The notes under the pieces are model-generated. The model ran no database searches. It was given only the letters and a program-made list of their open reading frames with translations, and had not been told where the DNA came from. This document shows, in pieces, positions 57,922 through 62,142 of a stretch of DNA of 62,142 nt (position 1 is the first letter of the stretch; the number at the start of each line of letters is the position of its first letter). Both the position numbers and the translations under genes were made by a program. This DNA comes from Fimbriimonadales bacterium (lineage in GTDB: Bacteria; Armatimonadota; Fimbriimonadia; Fimbriimonadales; JABRVX01), in contig BTVI01000021.1 in the NCBI GenBank assembly GCA_045862955.1, positions 1 to 62,142 on the forward strand, read 5' to 3'.

Positions 57922-58848
57922 ATGGCGATAATGAGCGGTCGAGAGACACAAGCGGTGGTTGCCCCTGTGAGTACGGGTCCCTTGGTCTGGCTGAACGGAG
58001 AAGTCTGTCCCCTCGAGAATGCGGTCACCAAAGTCGGTGATCATGCCCATCTGTACGGCGATGGCCTGTTCGAGGGAATTCGCATCTACAGCCGCAACAT
58101 CTTCAAGCTCGACGAGCACCTGAACCGCCTCTACCAAGGCATCAAGTCCCTTGCTATCGAGGGCATGATGCCGAAGGAGGAGCTGCGGAAGATCGTGCTC
58201 GACACTTGCACGCGGGCCGGGATATCGGACGGATACATCCGTTTGAACGTGACCCGGGGAACCGGTCTCGGACTGGACCCGCGAAACATCAAGCAGGTCC
58301 CGAACGTGATGGTGATGATCAGTCACCTCCGACTGTACACCCCCGAGATGTACGAGACGGGCTTGACTGCCATAACCTGCTCGACGCGTGTGTTCCCTCC
58401 GCAGTGTCTAGACCCGCGGATCAAGACGATTGGGCGCTACGTGGCGAACATCCAGGCGAAGATCGAGGCCAACTCGCAGGGCGCAGGCGAAGGGATCATG
58501 CTGAACATCGAGGGAACCGTCGCCGAGGGTACCGGGGACAATCTGTTCGTGGTACGGGGCAACCGACTTTCGACCCCGACCGCGAGCTGCGGCATCCTGC
58601 GCGGCATCACCCGAGACACGGCACTCTCCATCGGAGCCGAGATGGGCATGGACGTGGTGGAGGAGAGGCTCTCGCTGTTCGACGTGTACAACGCCGACGA
58701 GGCCTTTCTCACCGGCACCGCTGCCGAGATCATCGGCATGGTGAAGCTGGACGGCAGGACTATCGGGGATGGCCGCCCCGGTCCGGTCACCAAGCAAATC
58801 ACGAAACGATTTAGGGAGCTCACCACCACCGTGGGCGAGAAGTTCTAG
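57922..58848 (+). CDS. ilvE: Branched-chain amino acid aminotransferase (class IV PLP)
   Basis: YGDGLFEGIR, EGTGDNLF, ILRGITR, ADEAFLTGTAAEI; GAGGAGG RBS. Confidence 0.93.
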   Translation: MAIMSGRETQAVVAPVSTGPLVWLNGEVCPLENAVTKVGDHAHLYGDGLFEGIRIYSRNIFKLDEHLNRLYQGIKSLAIEGMMPKEELRKIVLDTCTRAGISDGYIRLNVTRGTGLGLDPRNIKQVPNVMVMISHLRLYTPEMYETGLTAITCSTRVFPPQCLDPRIKTIGRYVANIQAKIEANSQGAGEGIMLNIEGTVAEGTGDNLFVVRGNRLSTPTASCGILRGITRDTALSIGAEMGMDVVEERLSLFDVYNADEAFLTGTAAEIIGMVKLDGRTIGDGRPGPVTKQITKRFRELTTTVGEKF

Positions 58849-58886
58849 CCCAAGCCCGAACCGGTGCCCTGGAAGGGCTACGCTGC

Positions 58887-58922
58887 CGGCTGCCGCCGAC
58901 TTGCTCGGTGGCAGCCGCTTTT
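58887..58922 (+). terminator. Intrinsic terminator after ilvE
   Basis: CGGCTGCCGCCGA-CTTGC-TCGGTGGCAGCCG followed by CTTTT. Confidence 0.7.
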
Positions 58923-59510
58923 GAGCCTAGGCCGGCAAGGATGATCCCCTATCCGACTCGTGCCCCACGTGCTATGGGCAGAAGGCTCACTAATCTAGAC
59001 CACGTCTTCGGGCAGTGTGGCTAGATGGTCCAACCCCAGTCGCAGCATCTATCGCCGTTTCGTGCCGCGCCATGGAATAGACCTTCAGGGAACCTGTTGG
59101 CGCCGTGGGCCAGCACTTCCGTCGGGCCGAGTTGGGTGTGAGGCTCGAGCTGGGAGGCTCCGAAGGTGCCGCAGTAGGCACTAAGGCATCCAAGCTGACC
59201 CGCGAGTCGTAACAGATCTTGGGCAGCCTGGTCCACTTTTGGATTGACAGTGAGGACGTGAGCACGCGGTAGCGGCTCCAGGGAGAGGGTAGAACCCTCC
59301 AGATAGGTAACGGCTGGGACGCATGCGAACGGCCGGCCGCGTCGCTTCGTCCTACTTGATACGGGGAATGGGCACGTCCCCCTGCTGGGTTGGCGTACCA
59401 AGGCCAATCTGGTAGATTCGAAGCGGCGATCCAGGGAAGGACAACTCGGGATATTGCGGACCGGACCTGCTCCGACAGAGAGGGTCGGGAAGGGTCCAAG
59501 GGGGTACATC

Positions 59511-62003
59511 ATGTGGCAGCGCTTCACTGAGAGGGCGCGCAAAGTAGTTTTCTTTGCACAGGAGGAGGCTCAGCGCTTTGGCGAGGGATACGTCAGCACC
59601 GAGCATCTCCTGCTTGGGCTTGTTCGAGAGGCTGACAGCGTGGCTGCTCGAGTTCTGGACCGGATGGGCATCAGTCTCAGCAGGCTTCGCACCGAGATCG
59701 AGCGCCAGCTGCCGAGAGGCGAGTCTCGCTCCGCCCAGGAGATGCAGCTCACTCCGAGAGCCAAGCGCGTGATTGACCTGGCCTACGACGAGGCCCGACA
59801 GCTCAACAACAACTATATCGGCACCGAGCACCTTCTGCTGGGCCTGATCCGCGAAGGAGAAGGCTTGGCCGCGCGCGTGTTGACCAAGCTCAACGTGGAC
59901 TTGGAGAAAACCCGCCGCGAGGTCATGTCGCTTCAGGAGAACGAATCCACCAGCGTACCTGCATCTCATTCGCCGCGCAGGCGCAACACGCAGACACTGG
60001 ACGAGTTCGGTCGGGACCTGACCGAATACGCGCGTCAGGGCAAGCTGGACCCCGTGATCGGTCGCCACACCGAGATCGAGCGGGTCATGCAGATTCTCGC
60101 CCGGCGCACGAAGAACAACCCCTGCCTGATCGGCGAACCGGGCGTCGGAAAGACCGCCATCGCCGAGGGTCTGGCTCAGCGGATCGTCTCGAACGACGTG
60201 CCCGACCAGCTGAAAGACCGGCGTATCGTCGCGCTGGACCTGGCCGGGTTGGTGGCGGGCACCAAGTATCGCGGAGAGTTCGAGGAGCGCATGAAGCGCG
60301 TGATGGAAGAGGTGCGACGCGCTCAGGGTGAAGTGATCCTATTCATAGACGAGCTTCACACGCTGGTAGGCGCAGGCGCAGCAGAAGGTGCCATCGACGC
60401 CAGCAACATCATGAAGCCCGCACTCGCACGAGGCGAACTTCAGTGTATCGGTGCCACCACCGCGGACGAGTATCGCAAATACATCGAGCGAGACGCTGCA
60501 CTGGAACGACGCTTCCAGCCCGTGCAGGTGCGCGAACCTTCATATGAAGAGGCCGTGGACATCCTAAAGGGGCTGCGGGACCGTTACGAGTCGCATCACA
60601 AGGTGGACATCCGTGACGACGCCATCGAGGCGGCCGTCGGGCTCTCCAACCGCTACATCACCGACCGTACGCTGCCCGACAAGGCGATAGACCTCATTGA
60701 CGAGGCGGCTTCTCGCGTGCGGCTGCAGCTCACGCTTCCTCCGCTCGAACTCCGTCAGCAGAAGGGCAAGCTGGACGCCCTGCAGCGCGAGATCGAAGCG
60801 CTCAGCCGCAAGAACGAGTTCGATGAGCGACTGGTCAAACTCCAAGCCGAACAGGAAGAGCTGAAAGCCGAGCTCGAAGAGCGCATGGCCGCTTGGAAGG
60901 AGCACGTTTCGGAGAACCCGATCGTGGGCGAGGACGAGATCGCGCACATCGTGCAGAGCTGGACAGGCATCCCCGTCTCGCGACTGGTGGAGGCGGAGAG
61001 CCAAAAGCTGCTGCGTATGGAAGAGGAGCTGCACCGACGCATTATCGGTCAAGACGATGCTGTCGGCGCCGTCAGCCGAGCCGTGCGACGCGCCCGTAGC
61101 GGCATGAAGGATGTCAAGCGTCCGATGGGCACCTTCATCTTCCTCGGACCGACCGGCGTTGGAAAGACCGAGATGGCCCGCGCGCTCGCCGAGTACCTGT
61201 TCGACAACGAGAACAGTCTGATACGCATTGACATGTCCGAGTACATGGAGCGGTTCGCAGTGAGCCGACTGGTCGGCGCTCCTCCCGGATATGTCGGTTA
61301 CGACGAGGGCGGGCAGCTAACCGAGGCCGTGCGCCGCAACCCGTACAGCGTGGTGCTGCTGGACGAGATCGAGAAGGCGCACCCCGAGGTGTTCAACATC
61401 CTGCTGCAAGTGATGGAAGACGGGCGCCTGACCGACTCGCAGGGGCGCATCGTGGACTTCCGCAACACCGTCGTCATCATGACGTCCAACGTGGGCGTGA
61501 AGCCCATCGGAGCGGATGCGGGGATGGGCTTCCGCGACACGCGCGAAGACCCCGCCGACCCGAAGGCGTACGAGCGTATGAAGACCAAGATGATGGAAGA
61601 GATGAAAAAGCTCTTCCGTCCGGAGTTCTTGAACCGCGTGGACGAGGTTATCGTGTTCCATGCGCTGACACAGGATGAGATCTTGCAGATCGTGGACCTG
61701 ATGCTCGAGCGCGTGAACCAACAGGCACACGCGCGGAACCTCAGCTTTGCCGCAACCGATTCGGTAAAGCAGTTCCTGGCGAAGGAAGGGTACGACCCGA
61801 ACATGGGTGCGCGCCCGCTGCGACGCGCGGTTCAGAGGTATGTGGAGGACCCGCTGTCGGAGGAGATCCTTCTCGGTCGGTTCTCCGCAGGCGATACGAT
61901 CCTGGCCGATATGGACGAGGACGGTCGCATCTTCTTCCGCAAGGATGACCGCACCGAGTCCGGCGGAGGTCCGGAGAAGAAGGAACCCGTCACCGTCGAG
62001 TAG
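59511..62003 (+). CDS. clpC: ATP-dependent Clp protease ATPase subunit ClpC
   Basis: Two Clp-N repeats, [13 protein letters not shown], middle coiled coil, [18 protein letters not shown] ClpP-docking loop. Confidence 0.95.
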   Translation: MWQRFTERARKVVFFAQEEAQRFGEGYVSTEHLLLGLVREADSVAARVLDRMGISLSRLRTEIERQLPRGESRSAQEMQLTPRAKRVIDLAYDEARQLNNNYIGTEHLLLGLIREGEGLAARVLTKLNVDLEKTRREVMSLQENESTSVPASHSPRRRNTQTLDEFGRDLTEYARQGKLDPVIGRHTEIERVMQILARRTKNNPCLIGEPGVGKTAIAEGLAQRIVSNDVPDQLKDRRIVALDLAGLVAGTKYRGEFEERMKRVMEEVRRAQGEVILFIDELHTLVGAGAAEGAIDASNIMKPALARGELQCIGATTADEYRKYIERDAALERRFQPVQVREPSYEEAVDILKGLRDRYESHHKVDIRDDAIEAAVGLSNRYITDRTLPDKAIDLIDEAASRVRLQLTLPPLELRQQKGKLDALQREIEALSRKNEFDERLVKLQAEQEELKAELEERMAAWKEHVSENPIVGEDEIAHIVQSWTGIPVSRLVEAESQKLLRMEEELHRRIIGQDDAVGAVSRAVRRARSGMKDVKRPMGTFIFLGPTGVGKTEMARALAEYLFDNENSLIRIDMSEYMERFAVSRLVGAPPGYVGYDEGGQLTEAVRRNPYSVVLLDEIEKAHPEVFNILLQVMEDGRLTDSQGRIVDFRNTVVIMTSNVGVKPIGADAGMGFRDTREDPADPKAYERMKTKMMEEMKKLFRPEFLNRVDEVIVFHALTQDEILQIVDLMLERVNQQAHARNLSFAATDSVKQFLAKEGYDPNMGARPLRRAVQRYVEDPLSEEILLGRFSAGDTILADMDEDGRIFFRKDDRTESGGGPEKKEPVTVE

Positions 62004-62009
62004 CACCCT

Positions 62010-62142
62010 CCCTCCCTCTCCCCCGTTTGCGGGGGAGCGGGTTGGGGTGAGGGGGATGTGTCCTCCCTCCCTCTCCCGTTTGAAGGGGGGGGGCTGGGGT
62101 GGGGGTGATGTGCGCTCCCACCCTCACCCCCGGTTGCGGGGG
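62010..62142. repeat. Third REP-like family (CCCTCTCCCCC..GGGGGAG.GG.TGGGGTG), about three tandem copies, running off the window end
   Basis: Units at ~62010-62055, ~62062-62108 and 62116-end. Confidence 0.65.

Noticed and set aside
58990..59542. Minus-strand ORFs of 169 and 173 aa; also tmRNA, RNase P, OLE or raiA identity
   Set aside because: ORFs have no recognisable features; only short chance-level matches to those RNAs, with hallmark motifs absent
1450..62006. Many long antisense or alternate-frame ORFs (e.g. 1450-2331, 4562-5743, 31953-33020, 38683-39816, 55410-56366)
   Set aside because: Shadow ORFs expected from high-GC3 codon usage; they overlap confidently identified genes and have no motifs

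Overview
High-GC bacterial chromosomal window, most likely Armatimonadota (Fimbriimonadia-like). This is inferred from the ClpC N-terminus [20 protein letters not shown], a PEP-CTERM protein, a DUF1559 prepilin-like protein and Ig+dockerin-like tails. Housekeeping genes are cydAB, ferredoxin-NADP reductase, ilvC, a YitJ-like gene, ilvE, pckA, ubiX, rocD, aspS, gyrA, clpC and tRNA-Gly(GCC). Other loci are a cheC-cheD-HDOD-cheB-cheR-cheY-cheX operon, two PilZ/YcgR-like genes, several secreted surface proteins, two decayed secreted-protein genes and a stand-alone SF1 helicase. There is also an acyl-CoA ligase plus CoA-transferase/GNAT pair and an SRAP gene. No CRISPR array, cas gene, integrase or transposase was recognised. 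The main unexplained signals are: (1) a dispersed ~80-nt hairpin element with conserved bulged arms and a nearly invariant 38-nt variable core, nested with CGTC-tagged REP palindromes into a composite repeat that truncates a gene; (2) two paralogous Zn-ribbon/HEAT/TM proteins ending in a triple LLR(A/P) tail; (3) three unrelated secreted proteins sharing an Ig+dockerin-like tail; (4) a class III cyclase with substituted catalytic residues; (5) C-terminal Ala-Ala ends concentrated in motility proteins; (6) several apparently leaderless genes; (7) a ~660-bp hairpin-rich region upstream of clpC. All calls were made by eye without database searches, and several starts were re-placed relative to the ORF track.
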